This document shows positions 1 to 12,500 of a stretch of DNA of 64,000 nt, piece after piece. Position numbers and translations under genes: made by a program. The notes under the pieces were generated by a model, which saw only the letters and a list, made by a program, of their open reading frames with translations, did no database searches and was not told the origin of the DNA. Origin of the DNA: Ptychomitrium polyphyllum (taxonomy: Eukaryota); assembly GCA_973851085.1 (NCBI GenBank), contig OZ316775.1:17794001-17858000 (forward strand), read 5' to 3'. The stretch's first letter is position 1, and each line of letters opens with the position of its first letter.

Positions 1-524
1 CCTTGTCTTGCCTCCTATTTATATTATGACCTTTGTAACTCCTAGGATACTTCTAAAGAAACTTTGTACAAGGCTTACGAATGTTGTGGAAGTCTAAAGA
101 ACCTTCTTAGGAAGTTCCCTAAGATGCTGGAACCTTCCTAAGAAGCTTCCAAGGAGTTGGAACCTTCTTTGGAAGTTTCCTAAGTTAGCGGTACCTTCTT
201 AGGAAGTTTCCTAAAGAGTTAAAGCCTTGGCAGGAAGTTTTCTAAGGTGGAAGATCCTTCCTTGGAATCTTTCTAAGGTGGAAGATCCTTCCTAAGAAGT
301 TTCCTAAGATGATGGAATCTTTGCAGGAAGTTTCTTAAGAAGTTACCTAAGATGATAGAGCCTTCCTAGGAAATTTCCTAAGGTGGAGGAACTTTGCTAG
401 GAAGCTTCCCAAGAACATAAAAAGGCTATGGAGACATTTAAAAGTATTATAAGATGCTATTATAATATACTAGAAGGTTCTAGAATGTTCTAAAGAGTAT
501 GTTGCATGATCTATGTCCGTAACA
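1..524 (-). mobile_element. Gypsy LTR (5' part: U3 with TATA box), truncated by the window start
   Basis: The reverse complement starts TGTTACGGACATAGATCATGCAACATA, matching the LTR start at 60779 (TGTCACGGCCATAGATTATGCAACATA). It runs to TATAAATAGGAGGCAAGACAAGG, identical to 61082..61104. Confidence 0.85.
95..415. repeat. Degenerate ~30-bp tandem repeat array inside the LTR U3
   Basis: About 10 imperfect units of the type (g)aaccttc(c/t)taggaagtt(t/c)cctaag. Confidence 0.75.
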
Positions 525-2027
525 ACACCTAGTTAACGCCATTCTACTCCAACTATGCACATCATTCAAAGATGGATATGTTACAGCCTCCACAATTTGA
601 TAATTGAGCAGTAGAGGAACTTGCCACAAGAGTGGCCAAGCTTCAAACAACCATGAAGATTCAACTAGAAGAATTTCATAAACATTACAAAAAGGCAGCA
701 AATGTAACAAAGAAGGAACAACCTCCATTCCAAGTTGGTGAGACGGTGTGGCTCCTTCGACGCAATATAAGGACCAATAGGCCATGTGACAAGCTGGAAT
801 ATCGCAGATTGGGACATTTGCAATCAAAAACCAAGTGAATTACGTAGCATATCGTTTAGAACTACCAACATCAATGAAAGTACATCCCATCTTTTACGTT
901 TCACTATTGGAAACTTATAAAGAATCAAGTATTTTTGGACAAAGGCAGCTGCCACCACCTCTAGTCGAAATCAACAATCATTATGAATTTGAAGTGGAAG
1001 AAGTGCTTGTCTTACGGATAAGACATGGAAAGCTAGAATACTTGGTACATTGGCACAAATATGACATTAGTGAACATACATGGGAGCCATCTAATAATCT
1101 TACCAATTGACTAGTAAAAGTTTGTGAGTTCCATTGATCACATCCATCCAAACCAAAAGTAGCAGTAGAAGGAACAAAGGCTTGGTAAGGTTGCGGAACT
1201 TTCAAGGTTTTTGATGCTTGGATTTTTAAGTAGGAAAAAAAGCAATTCTTATATCATAAGTCTTTAAAGCTTGAGACATGATTTAGAAATTAGTCGTTTG
1301 TATTTTGAAGTTTGTTATAGTTTTTTGAGAATAGCTTGAGATATTAGATATGGACAATCAAGATGTAGATACCATGCCAATGGTATCAATCTAATTAAGT
1401 ACTTCTTATCAACGACCTTGTGATGAAGAACAGATTGGACCAAGGAAATGTTGGAGGATACCAAGCAATAGATCGTTGGTGATTGTCTTGGAAGTAAATT
1501 TGACTTACAAAGGTTATTTAGAATTTGTATTTGAAGGACCTTTTCACAACAAAAATATGGAAGTTCATGCTTGATTCCAAGTAGAAGATGTTAGACACTA
1601 TTGGTGGTTACAAAAACACATGAATCATTTGAATCAAGAAAGGCAATTGGAATATGTTGCAGATACCATGCGACAAATTTTTAACTTTTTACAACTTTGA
1701 GCACTTGTTGCAACATGCTGAAGCTTCCAAAAAAGTTACCTCAACTTAGGAATCTTTGAAGGGAATAATTTAAGGTTGCTTGAGTACAAAGTAATGTAGG
1801 AGAAGCTTCCCAAGAAGTTCCTAGGGCTTGTAATTCTAGTATGTATAGGAGTTGAGGCTGAAGGGATTTTCAATCTTTGACAACGCATCTCTTGTGGCCT
1901 AGTTTAAACCTTCTTGCTTTGTCTTTTGTACCTTCTTGTAGCTTTATACTTCTAATATACTTAGACTTATCTTGTTCTACATTCTCAAATCTTGAAGCCT
2001 TGTGTTGTAATTACTATGTCTGTAACA
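525..2027 (+). mobile_element. 3' part of a degenerate Ty3/Gypsy chromovirus (integrase C-terminus, chromodomain, decayed 3' LTR)
   Basis: Frameshifted ORFs 632..838 (FQVGETVWLLRRNIRTNRPCDKLEYRRLG) and 835..1110 (AYRLELPTSMKVHPIFYVSLLE; FEVEEVL...GKLEYLVHWHKYDISEHTWEP chromodomain). LTR-like sequence from ~1700 ends ...tatgtctgtaaCA at 2027, resembling ...tgtgtccctaaCA at 61256. Confidence 0.8.
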
Positions 2028-2079
2028 GGCACTACTTGTTGGCAAGGGCAATTGGTTTAATATACATTTGACCAATAGC

Positions 2080-2590
2080 AAGGTGGGAGTGTTGGAATTG
2101 TTGGAATAAGTTAAAGATATATAGTGGTCTTAGTTGAAATACCTTCATATTGGACTTGAAATTTTGTTAGTTATCAAAGGCATGTCAACAAAGAAGGTAG
2201 TAGGGATGTGGAGGCTAGGATAGAGAAAAATGGCAATTACAATTTAAATGGCGGCTATTATTTAGGTGGCTGCTAGGATTAGCCACCACGTAGCACTGAT
2301 AGGTGTTGTCACATGGCACTCATAGGTAATATCACATGACGCTCACTGGAGCCGCCATGTGGCACTCATTAATAAAGGTAAACACATGGCCGCCAAGTGG
2401 CACACTTTGGTAGATGACTCCCGAGTATAAGTAAAGTAATTTTGGATGTGGGAGTCACCTTACTCCATACTTCTCTTATTGCAACTTTGCTCTCTTCTCT
2501 TGCTTGTAATAAGTAGCCTTATTGCATTCCTTCTTAGTCTTAATGCAACTCTTCAATAGTTTTTCTTGCAAAGAATTTGAATTCAAACGC
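2080..2590 (+). mobile_element. Possible PPT plus 3' LTR of another (Copia-like?) retroelement
   Basis: Purine-rich AAGGTGGGAG (2080..2089) directly before TGTTGGAAT (2090), with internal gcca(c/t)gtggcact-like repeats. The right end is uncertain. Confidence 0.35.
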
Positions 2591-4249
2591 ATGGTGTTGT
2601 GATGAGAATAGTTATTATAGGAAACGTTAGGTTTTTTTGCATTAAATTAATCAAGTACAAGTTTTTTTTTTATAATAAAGACTGCAATTATCAATTACTT
2701 ATTAACTATTTTTCATCTTCTATTTCTATTTCCTAACTCTTTTTTTCTTCCATCTTGAAAAATAACCCAAATCTATATCAGTAATTCTTCTTTTTTTTTC
2801 TTTTAAATCAAAATTATATATTTCCTATATCTTTTAGCTGAAAGGTCTTATGCTTTTAAGACTTTAAGAATATAAACATAAGACTTTCTAACTGCAACTC
2901 TCAAAATTTCTTATTTATAGTCCAAGTGGTTGTTAAGAACCATGTCCTCAAAAGTTTCATTCCTTCTGCCATTGCTTTTGAACTCCTCCTTTACTTCATA
3001 ATTTTATAACTTTATTTCAACAATAAATCTAGATTTAAAACTTTATCCACATACTATCTATCTTACAATAAACATTCATCAGAATTTCAACCTTAAAAGC
3101 CCTTCCAATCATCTCCAATGGTTCCAAACATGTAGCTTCGAATTCTACCATATATAATCTTCAAACCATGGTTGCAATTTTCCTTATATCTCCTACTATA
3201 AGAATCCATTACTCTTGAAATTTCTACACCATCATTTTAAAGTAATCAAAATGCTATCCCACAAAAAGAATTATGAAAATCAATTTTATAAAAAGTTACA
3301 AGCATTTAAAGTAGCTGCTCACATAAGCTACTTTAATCAAACTAGTGCTACGGTCACATGCTAATTCCAAATGAAGCGTATGATGGCTTTTTGAAAATCT
3401 CACAAGAGAAAAAAAAGAAAATTATCAAAAATAAATTTAAATTAAAAAGAGTACAATGAGTTTTGTCCCAAAGAAGGGTTGCCTTCTTATTCAAGCAGGA
3501 GCCTTCTAGAGAAAAAGAAGGCGGTGGTTAAACCGCTACATCTATCCCTTATCACTCCACATCAATTTTATTTTCCTACATCAAACCCTATTTGTCTTTA
3601 TTAATTACTTATTCAACCATATCTTCAAATAAAAAAACAACTCAAATTCTTTTCTTTTGCTTTTTGTTCTTTTCTTCTTTTGGTTTAAATTTTTAGGTTT
3701 AAACTACAAAAGAAGACAAAATCAACCCTCGCAAATCTAAAATAACCCTTACAAATCTAAAATAAGAACTAAATAAATAAAATAATGAGAAGAAAGTCGA
3801 AAAAAGATTAAATTTTAATAAAAAACGAGTTAAGAATAATATTATTGTCATGAACTTTGTTGACTAGATAAATTTCAGCTACTGAATTGGTATGTGTTCA
3901 ATTCTTGTTGGATTTGTTGAGTAGAACGGCAACACTAGACTTGAAAATGCTAGCAAAAATGGCACGCAAGAAAATATTACAATCAACCAATCAATTTATC
4001 CTAAGCTAAGACAAACTACGGTTCTACCTCTAAGACAAATAAAACCGTGGTTTCACCATGACCTTTTATTATTCCAATCATTTCTTTTTCTTTATATTCT
4101 TTTCCAAATCGAATAATTTAAATTCCAAAAAATAACAAAAATTAATTAAGTTTTAAATTGTACAATTGAATACATCACGACAACAGTCTTTTTTGTAGTT
4201 GGACATCCTTGTCTTTTTGCAAAGTATTTGGTATTGTAATTGTATCCCT

Positions 4250-4810
4250 CTATTATCAAGGTACCGAGTATTACACCTGATAATACCAAAATTTCTCTAC
4301 CAATCTTCTTCTATTGGTACTACTAGACATTCTTCAATAGTAACTATCAAATGATAATAATATTCTATTAGCTCAAACAAATCGATGTAGATCTATTTTT
4401 ATAGGATCTTGAATCTAATACTTAAATCCTCAACCAAGAAAATTGAAGGTGTATTGTATCTAATTTTTCTATAAAACAAGTTATGCACTCTATTCTTTGA
4501 TTCGTTTATCAATTTTGTTCTTGGCGTTATGATTATATGCAAGTTTTTCCGTTCTAGCAATTTCTATAATAATTTATAATTTGCTCCTTAATACTACCAT
4601 GTCTCCTCCAATTGGTAATATCAACTATAAATTTATATAAATTGTGTTTCCTAGATATAGACTCTTTAGTAAGAAACTACTAAGCCTCAGTGTACTCGGT
4701 AGTTACTAAATATAATATTGGTGTAGCTGATCTTTCTTAAATAAGGATTTCCAATAAGAAACTACCAAATTATTGATTACTTGATAGTTATTGACCTTAA
4801 TTATTACTGA
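4250..4810. repeat. Old dispersed repeat (solo-LTR-like), copy 1
   Basis: Colinear similarity to 40170..40625 (e.g. ATAGGATCTTGAATCTA, TATCAACTATAAATTT, GACCTTAA), partial similarity to ~5075..5330, and inverted similarity to 60672..60778. Confidence 0.65.
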
Positions 4811-5589
4811 CCCTAACCGCTATAGACTGTAATACCCTTATTCAATATGTACGTTTTTGTTTCTTAAAATAATTATTATATTCGTGGCAAAATTTTCCAT
4901 AGTACAAACATAAGTCTTACTTCCTCTAACGCTTATTTTTGTGTTTAATAAGGGACTTGAAGCAAATTTTATCAATTTTCATGGCCTCTGCTTCCAAATA
5001 TTTATTGGAGGTAGATGGAACCGAGGCTACTAAGAAGTTGGTATATAGGTGTGGTGTATCAATGCATATGCTATTGACATACCAGATTTTATACCCAGTA
5101 TTATTGGACTTCTTTTACAATTATTACCAATCTTTTTTGATCAATACTACCAAACATCTTCTAATAGTAAGTACCAAATGATAGTGTTTTTCTGTGAGTT
5201 TAGACAATGGATGTAGATTCATAATTTTAAGATCATAAATATAATATATAAACTCTCAATTAAGAGATTTGTGGGTTTGCTCTGTCTTGTTTATTAACCA
5301 AGATGTACTTTTTAGACTAATATAGTATGCTTATTTTTTAGCTTAGTGAATCATAATTCTTATGTATATCTTTAGGTTATTGTAAGTATCCTTCCATTTC
5401 CATCTCTTGTAAAGTTATGAATTACTAGTACTCTTGTATCCAATAATTATTAACTATACATAATTCTAAGTATTTTTTTACTATCAGTTCTTATAAATTA
5501 AAAAATACCAGTATATTTTAGTTCAAAAATTATTAACCACAAGAGTCTGCATATCTTCTTAACGTTGAGATAGATGGTTATTGCACTTT

Positions 5590-6980
5590 AGAACTTAGCT
5601 AAAGGCCCCATTAAGAGTCTGAAGATCTTGCATGAACAGCAACTAATTCTTAATTTTATCACGTACATCTTAATAAAACTAACTCATTTAAGCTTCTTCT
5701 TGCCAATAAATATTGTATATAAGTTGTAAAAATTCCAATGCATAAATTGATATTGAATGTGGCACTTAGCGCAAGGCACAAATCTTAATGGTTGCAGAAC
5801 AAAGCTTGTCAAAGTTACTAAATGCTTCTGCAATTGTGGCTAGGAACATATCAAAGTTGTTGAGTATGGGAGAATTCTTCTCAAAAAGTGGTGCAAATCA
5901 AGACAATGTTTGTCTTAAGAGCAACGTTTCCATCAATTCAGCGCTCAAAGCATTTGTATGATATTGTCAAGGTTGGAGCAAGGAACAAATTAAACTTGGT
6001 TTATGAAGCCTCAAAATTTTGAATGCATGTAATCAAACTTCTCTAGAAGGTTGATTCTTGGTATTTTTGCTTTTAATGATTGAATTGCGGGCTTAAATAT
6101 ATATGTCTTCTATTAAAACAGGTCTTGTAATGGAATACTTAGGATGACTTGGAATTGTAATGGAGTACTTACGATGACTTGGAATTGTAATGGAGTACTT
6201 AGGATGACTTGGAATAAGAAATAGAGTGCTGCTATTCTTTGGAAATTATGTATGGTCACATAAAGTTCTTTATTTTTCTTGGATAAAGTCTTGATTTTAA
6301 TCATCAATACTTCAATGGCATATATAATTGAATCTAATTTTATTTTTTTAATAACTGCCATATTGACCTCTTCACCTCCTTGCATAGAAATAAAAAAGAA
6401 ATAAAAAAGATACGGCTATACAAACAAAACACTAAGGGAATTTCAAAGGCAATATTAATTCAAAAGAGAGTAATCTCAAACTAAAGCGCTACACTACTCC
6501 CAAAAAGAGGGATAATCTACTTTCTATTAAGAAAGAACAAGTTTTAATATTATTGTATGATTTTTTTTACAAATTATTACAAATAAAATAACCACAAGGC
6601 AAGACTTTAAGACTTTAAGATGTGGAATTAGGTATTTCCAAAGTATATTAGAAGCAAAGATCTAAAACAAGGTACAGAGATAGGATTAAAAAGTCTAATT
6701 TAAAGCATAAGAGATATGTTGTCAAAACTGAAGATTTCTTTAACTTCAACTTCAATATATTTTAGAATTACAAGCATTGGAAGCTTTGTAAGAAGCTTCC
6801 AATACAATATATTTTAACTAAAACAACCTCAGATTACTTCCTTGGAAGCTTTCTTAGCTAAGGTAACTTCCTTGAAAGCTTCTTTAAACAAAGGAATTTC
6901 TTTGGAAGTTTGCTTGGTTTTTTTAAATCTTCTAAGAATCTTTGAAGAAGCTTCTATTATGTATATTTGTAATACATTGT
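5590..6980 (-). mobile_element. Degenerate Gypsy 5' fragment: gag pseudogene plus decayed LTR
   Basis: Minus-strand translation near 5800..6050 gives LEKFD...F*GFINQV...LS*FAPLFEKNSPILNNFDMFLATIAEAF, homologous to gag at 61738 (PDKFD...LSWIALLIEKQSPLLNNLDVFIEAL). GAAGCTT-type LTR repeats occur at ~6780..6960. Confidence 0.65.
6125..6215. repeat. 3 x 30-bp tandem repeat
   Basis: Three copies of TTGTAATGGA(A/G)TACTTA(G/C)GATGACTTGGAA; gives the LQFQVI(L/V)S(T/I)P repeats in ORF 6113..6385. Confidence 0.9.
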
Positions 6981-7674
6981 TTCAAATAACAATCTTTTCC
7001 TTCCAACCTTGAGTCCTAAAATTGCTCTTTGCACATTGCCTTCAATAAACAAAATCACTACATGCTTTTTCTTTAATTTATCTACATGCTCTTATCACCT
7101 TCTTGTAACAAGAGAATTTTAATATCTTCATAAAGGAGTTATGGAGGTAATTGTTTTTTATACTCTATCTATCTTTTTATTTGAAAAGATAAAGAGTTAC
7201 TTTAAGCATATTGCTAAGAGCTACTTAGGAAGGAGTAAGTGCCACTACTTTATTTGATCAATATCAAGACTTAGTTTCAAAGAGCCTAAAACTTTAGTGT
7301 TCATATTTTTCATTACTTGGTTTATTCTCATTATCTGGGAACTTTAGTTAGTCATTTGGTAAAATAGAGGTAGATCTTTTTTAAATTTTGTTAATTTCTT
7401 TTTTATTTTATTCTTTACTTTCCTTCTCCTTTTGAATTTCAAAATCTACCACTATTTAGTCCTCTTCTATTTCAAATCCAAAATTTAAATTGGGTTTGCC
7501 TACTTCTAAAAATGACAACGCATAGATCACTAACATAGGTGCTCTTTTATTTAACCTGTTGTTTTCTGAATGACGTCTACGTCATAATTCGTTTCACAAA
7601 ATTCAAGTCAATCTTATACTGATAGTATTTCTTTGTCATAATGTAGCTTCACCTTTACTGACTTTTTGTAAAAT

Positions 7675-8452
7675 TGCGCCCAGCATAGTAACGTAGCGCA
7701 CACTGCACCCGACTCATCCCGCAAGTTGGTCCCGTTCCCTAACGCTCTCGGCATAGGGTTCCCTAGAAACCAGTCGTACGCAACCCCCTGCAACGCGTGC
7801 GGTTTTGCCGCTGCCACGACCGGGAGACGCCAGCAGTGACCGCGGGGGACTTCACTACCCCAGCAGACGGGGGAAACGGGGAGCGGAACCAGGGGTGCGG
7901 GTGTTTCTATTGATACAGTGCAGCGCAGGGGGCGCTCGTTGGTTGTGTTCGGGGGCCGAATTGCGGACTCGTGCAGAGGTGAAGTGGAGTGCGTCTGGGG
8001 CCCGAGTTCCCTTTCAGTCTGCCTCTTCTGCGTTCTACTGTATTTGCCTCCCTGCCCCCTCCCCCCCCTCCTCTTTCTCTCCCTCTTCTCCCCCCCCCTT
8101 CCCCCACCCCCTCTGCTGCTGTCTCGCCGTGGACGCAGCAAGCCAGCCCTGTTCCCAGCAAAGCAGGTCGCCCCTCTCCCTTTCCCTCCCTCTACCCCCA
8201 TCTCTCTCTCCTCTTCTGTCTTCGTATTGGATTGGTGGCGTCGGTCGCGTCGCGGTGGGAGTCCCTCGCTGGACGTGGTGGAGTGCGCGCCGGTGCTCGG
8301 GGGCGTTGTGCGTATTGCGCGGTTGCAGCAGGGGCGCACAGCGGTGGTGCGGTGGTGCGGAGCGCAGGCGGGCGGGGGCAGGTTCGCTAGGGTTCGCCGT
8401 GTCGGGTGGCGGCTCGGATCCGCGGTCGCGGACTGTCATTTAATGCAGTTAG
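7675..8452 (+). promoter_or_regulatory. GC-rich proximal promoter and CT-rich first (5' UTR) exon of MOS1-like copy A
   Basis: Abrupt AT-to-GC transition at 7675, pyrimidine tracts at 8040..8220, and donor AG|GTATGT at 8452/8453. Confidence 0.55.
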
Positions 8453-9583
8453 GTATGTGGCGATGGCTGTCCTGGTACGGGGCGTGGTTGTTGGGGTTTG
8501 GGGGGGGAGGGAGGGGGAAGCGTGAATAGGCGGGGTGGGGCAGGTGCGGAGTGGCTACCGGGCGAGGTCGTGATGGCGGAGGGCGTTCGCTATGCGGCCT
8601 TCGGATGATTAGGTTTTTCGATGATTGATTGCCCGGTGGCTGTAGGTTGCGCGCGACAGAGGGAGGAGTGTTTCGGTCGTGGTGGGAGTGTGCGAGGCCG
8701 GGCGTGGATCTGTGCGTTTCCAGCGCCCGTCCCGCGCCCCGTCCACCCTTTCTTCGCGCTTGGGTTCGTGTTGGTGCAGTAGAATGGCATCGGATTGAGG
8801 GCGCTAGGGTTGAGAGGGGCATGGCTGTGTGCGCGCAGCGCGGGTTCTCCGAGCATATGCAATTTCTTCTGGCTCTTCTTCGCTTAGATATTGGTATGGT
8901 TGATGCAGATGGTATTTGGCATTTCGGTGGTTGACGGCCATGGCCTTCGGTTCTCTGAACTCGTGAGGCATCGGTGTCTGCCGCTCGGCCCGGATTGACT
9001 GTCACGCCGCTGCGGCTTGGGTCGATCAAACACCTTGGGCAACTAGCGGGTGGTTTTATCCGTCCAGGGGCGCCCTGCTAGGTCCGCAGTGGCCCGCCGT
9101 GATCGGGAAGTAGTGGGCGACATTGATGCCCTGCGTGGGAAGTGTGCGGGCATCCTGGATCCCAACGTGCAGTGGTTTGTGTGGGACGGGAATCAGAATC
9201 CTGTGCGGGTTGCATCTTGATCCGGAAGAATTGTGGGAGATAGGCGCATGGCTATAGATAGTTGTCCGCTCTTAGGTTTCCGGGGCGCCTTGTTGTAGCC
9301 AGTTTGACTCCGTCCTCTGGGAGTGGAGGCTACAAGTTTGACGTTTTTGGGGCTGGAATTAGTGATCGGCGGGTTGTTGCGGAGGATGGCTAGTCGGTGG
9401 TGTTGATTGCCGGCATTGGTCCAAATCTGGACGCTCTGTCCCGTCTGTGTGGTCCGCAGGGTCGGATTCAGTACATGACTCTTGGCGTCTCATTGTTCTT
9501 GCCCCTTGCTGCAGGGTACTTCTCAATCACCACAGGAGGAGTTGGTGTTCCACTTGCTGCTGCAGGCAAGAGGAGCTTGAATC

Positions 9584-12500
9584 ATGTTGTCAAGCGAGAG
9601 GAGGTATGCGAGCAATCTCTGGAATGTCTCATGAAATGAATACGCAAAGGGGCTGTAGGTGTTACGATATAATTATCGGCTGTTTTGACGCCGCAGCCGT
9701 GGGTGAGGGTCACGCTTAGCGATGGAAGTGAGCGTATTCTAGAGATGATCGATCCAGGTTGCTCCGGTTGCCTGGACTGATGAGTTCAAATTTTGGAGGG
9801 TGTGGTTCCTCTTCTACAGCTGGTCACGTCTCCCGAGATTTCTTAGGCTGGCGAAGTGAACAGAGTGGCTAACTCGGCAGCATGGTGTTTTGCACATTCC
9901 CGCAAGTTTACCCTGATTTTATGATATTAGGCAACCTAGGTCCGCGTGCACGCGGAACGGGGTCACAGTTGGAATGGTTTGGAGAGGATTGCCTTGAGTG
10001 GAGGTCTCGTATTAGGTTATAGCAAAGATATTTAGGTTCATGTGAGCGAAACTGTGTTGAGATGAAGCTGAGCGGTAGACAGGCTTCTTGCAGAGACAGT
10101 TTGAAAGCGACCTCACGTAGGGTCGACCTTCTGAATGGATGCTTGTTTTCACCCTGGCCGAGTGCTGAGAGTGGGCTCCGTGTGGCTTTTGTGCAGGGGG
10201 AGCTCGGCTCGACGGGGTATGACAGTGCTGGGCAAAATTCCTGCAGTACCTAAGCCCATCAACTTACCGAGCCAACGGTGAGGCCGTTTGCCTTCCTGCC
10301 TGCGTACTTGTGGGGAGTTCCATAGTGCCAAGGCTTTCACAGATGAACATTCTCGGAGTCTTAGCTTTCTACTTGGATTCGATTTGGTTTGTGCGAGGCG
10401 TTGGGGGTCGGCATGTGTTTGGATCTCATGTTTTGATATTGTACCTTGTCCAGATTGGAGAATCGCGGACTTGATCCTAACGTGGAGATAGTACCAAGGT
10501 ATGCTGGACAGCAGTCTGGATCTCTTAGATTAGGTGGAGGTTTTGCCAGCAGGGAGCTCGAGGGGCGAGGATTTGCTGTGCTCACCCTGGTCGCATTCCG
10601 TTGGATGTCTACGATTGGATCCGTGGGAAAAGCTGCTATTGAGTAGGAGCCGCTATTGAGCTTCGGTGATCTTACGGACGTGCACTGGTAGAGTAGAAGT
10701 GTAGAGTTTGAGCCTCCACCAGTTTGCCACTAGTAGGGGTTTTTGGGAGCAGAATTTCGTTCAGGATGTAGAGTCCGAATGCAAAACGTCCGGAGGTATG
10801 GCCTCTGGTACCGGGCCGTTACCTCGGTCGAACGTGGGCTTACAGGTGCCATTTCATTTTGTTGCTCCAGCCATGATCGCGTTGTTGGGTTGGCTTTGCT
10901 CGGTGGTCCTTGCGAGGAAGATGATCTGATGATACTTGGTAGTCCTTGGGCCAGAGGGCAGGGGTTTTCGGCGTGTGAGCGCAGCTGTGGGAGTTTGGGA
11001 ACTCTGATTCCGTGAACTGCGATCCTCATCTTTTGGGTGGTGGAATTGTCCTCCTGTGGGGGTGATGGCCAGAGTGATGGTGCACATGTATTGACTGCGT
11101 GATTCTGTTTGCAGAGGGAGTGTGAGCTGGGGATCTGCTGGACGTTCACCATCAACCAGCGTCAACGCATGGGGGACTCCGTCACAGGCATCTTCTCCAC
11201 CTAGTAGCAGTGGAGCGTGGGGACCAAAAGCAGGTGCAGCATCGGTAGGCAGCAACAGTAGTATCAGTGGAGGATCGACGTTGGGGGGACCTGGAAACAT
11301 TCCACGTCCGACTTCAGGAGGTACTGGGAACCGGCCGTTGTCAGCGGAGAGTATCGGACATTTGCAGCAGTCAGGCGATTCATTTTCAAGCAACGTCAAC
11401 TCAAGCAGTGCGTGGGGTGCAAGACCCTCGTCGGCTTCGGGGGTACTAGGTCAAGCCCAGCCGCAGCTTGCTCAAGCCCAAGCCCAGACTCGTCCTCGGA
11501 GTGCTGATATTGCGCGACCCAATCGCAGTCTTTCGGAGTTTGGGGATCAGTCGGGCAGTCATTCTCCACCGGGGAACACAGCATGGGGGAATCGTGGGCC
11601 TCCTCGGAGACTGGTATTACAGGGGTGCTCACAATGTGTTGCTTTCCAATGCTAAACATATGTGTGGAATGGGAGGACAGTTTTTTATTTGCGATTTGCG
11701 ATTTGGAAGAGTTACTGGTATTTCGTATTTGCTGGTCCTGCGCACTGCGCAGATGATGCTTTTCACACTTGTCTTTGGTGGTTTGATGAGGCAGCGTACA
11801 GAGATGACTAATGCAAGAGGTGGGTGTGGGTCAGGGGGAGGAGCCTCACCAGGTTTCGCGGTTTCAGTTGACAAGGACGGATTTTCCTACGTTGGGTTCA
11901 GAGAAAAACCCAGACCTTCGGCCGCAGCACAGTAAGCATGCTCTGAGTTGGCAGTTATCTGCGTGTTCGTTTTTCTAGCCTTTGAAACGGAATATTGTGG
12001 AGAAATGGTAGTCGCACAGAGAGGCTGAGTTGGGGAGGTGGCATTTGGTATGTAGGCAACTCCGCCAGTGATGGCGGGGCTTCAGTGGAAACGAAGGGGG
12101 CACATCCTGAGGAGAGGCGGCCACCCACACCCCCTGGTCCTCATGGTAGGTTCACTTGTCATGTGCTCTGGAGGTGTTGAATTTGATTGTAGCCACGTCA
12201 CCGAGTTTGAGTCCGCTTGCATGTAATAGTGTACGAGGTTGCCTGCAGACGCACACGGTTGGACACACATAACGAGAAGACCGGGTTTTGTTGTTTTGCA
12301 GAAGAAATTCCACCCATGGCTCCCAGTGGCGGTTACGGTCATCCAGACCGGGGTGCGCCAGACAATTGGAGGAGAGAGGCTGCAGCATTCCAAGGGCCTC
12401 CTCCAGCAGCAGAAGGAAACTGGCACCGGGACGGGCCATCGGCAAGGCCATCGTATGGTGGACAAGGTCCTCAGCCGGAGAGCTGGCGACGGGAGGCTGC

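Noticed and set aside
95..415. CRISPR-like appearance of the spaced repeats
   Set aside because: Degenerate head-to-tail units without unique spacers, inside an LTR, in eukaryotic context with no cas genes.
7614..9029. Many overlapping 100-240 aa ORFs on both strands (and mirrors at 36692..38062)
   Set aside because: Low-complexity translations of a GC-rich promoter, 5' UTR and first intron; no recognisable domains.
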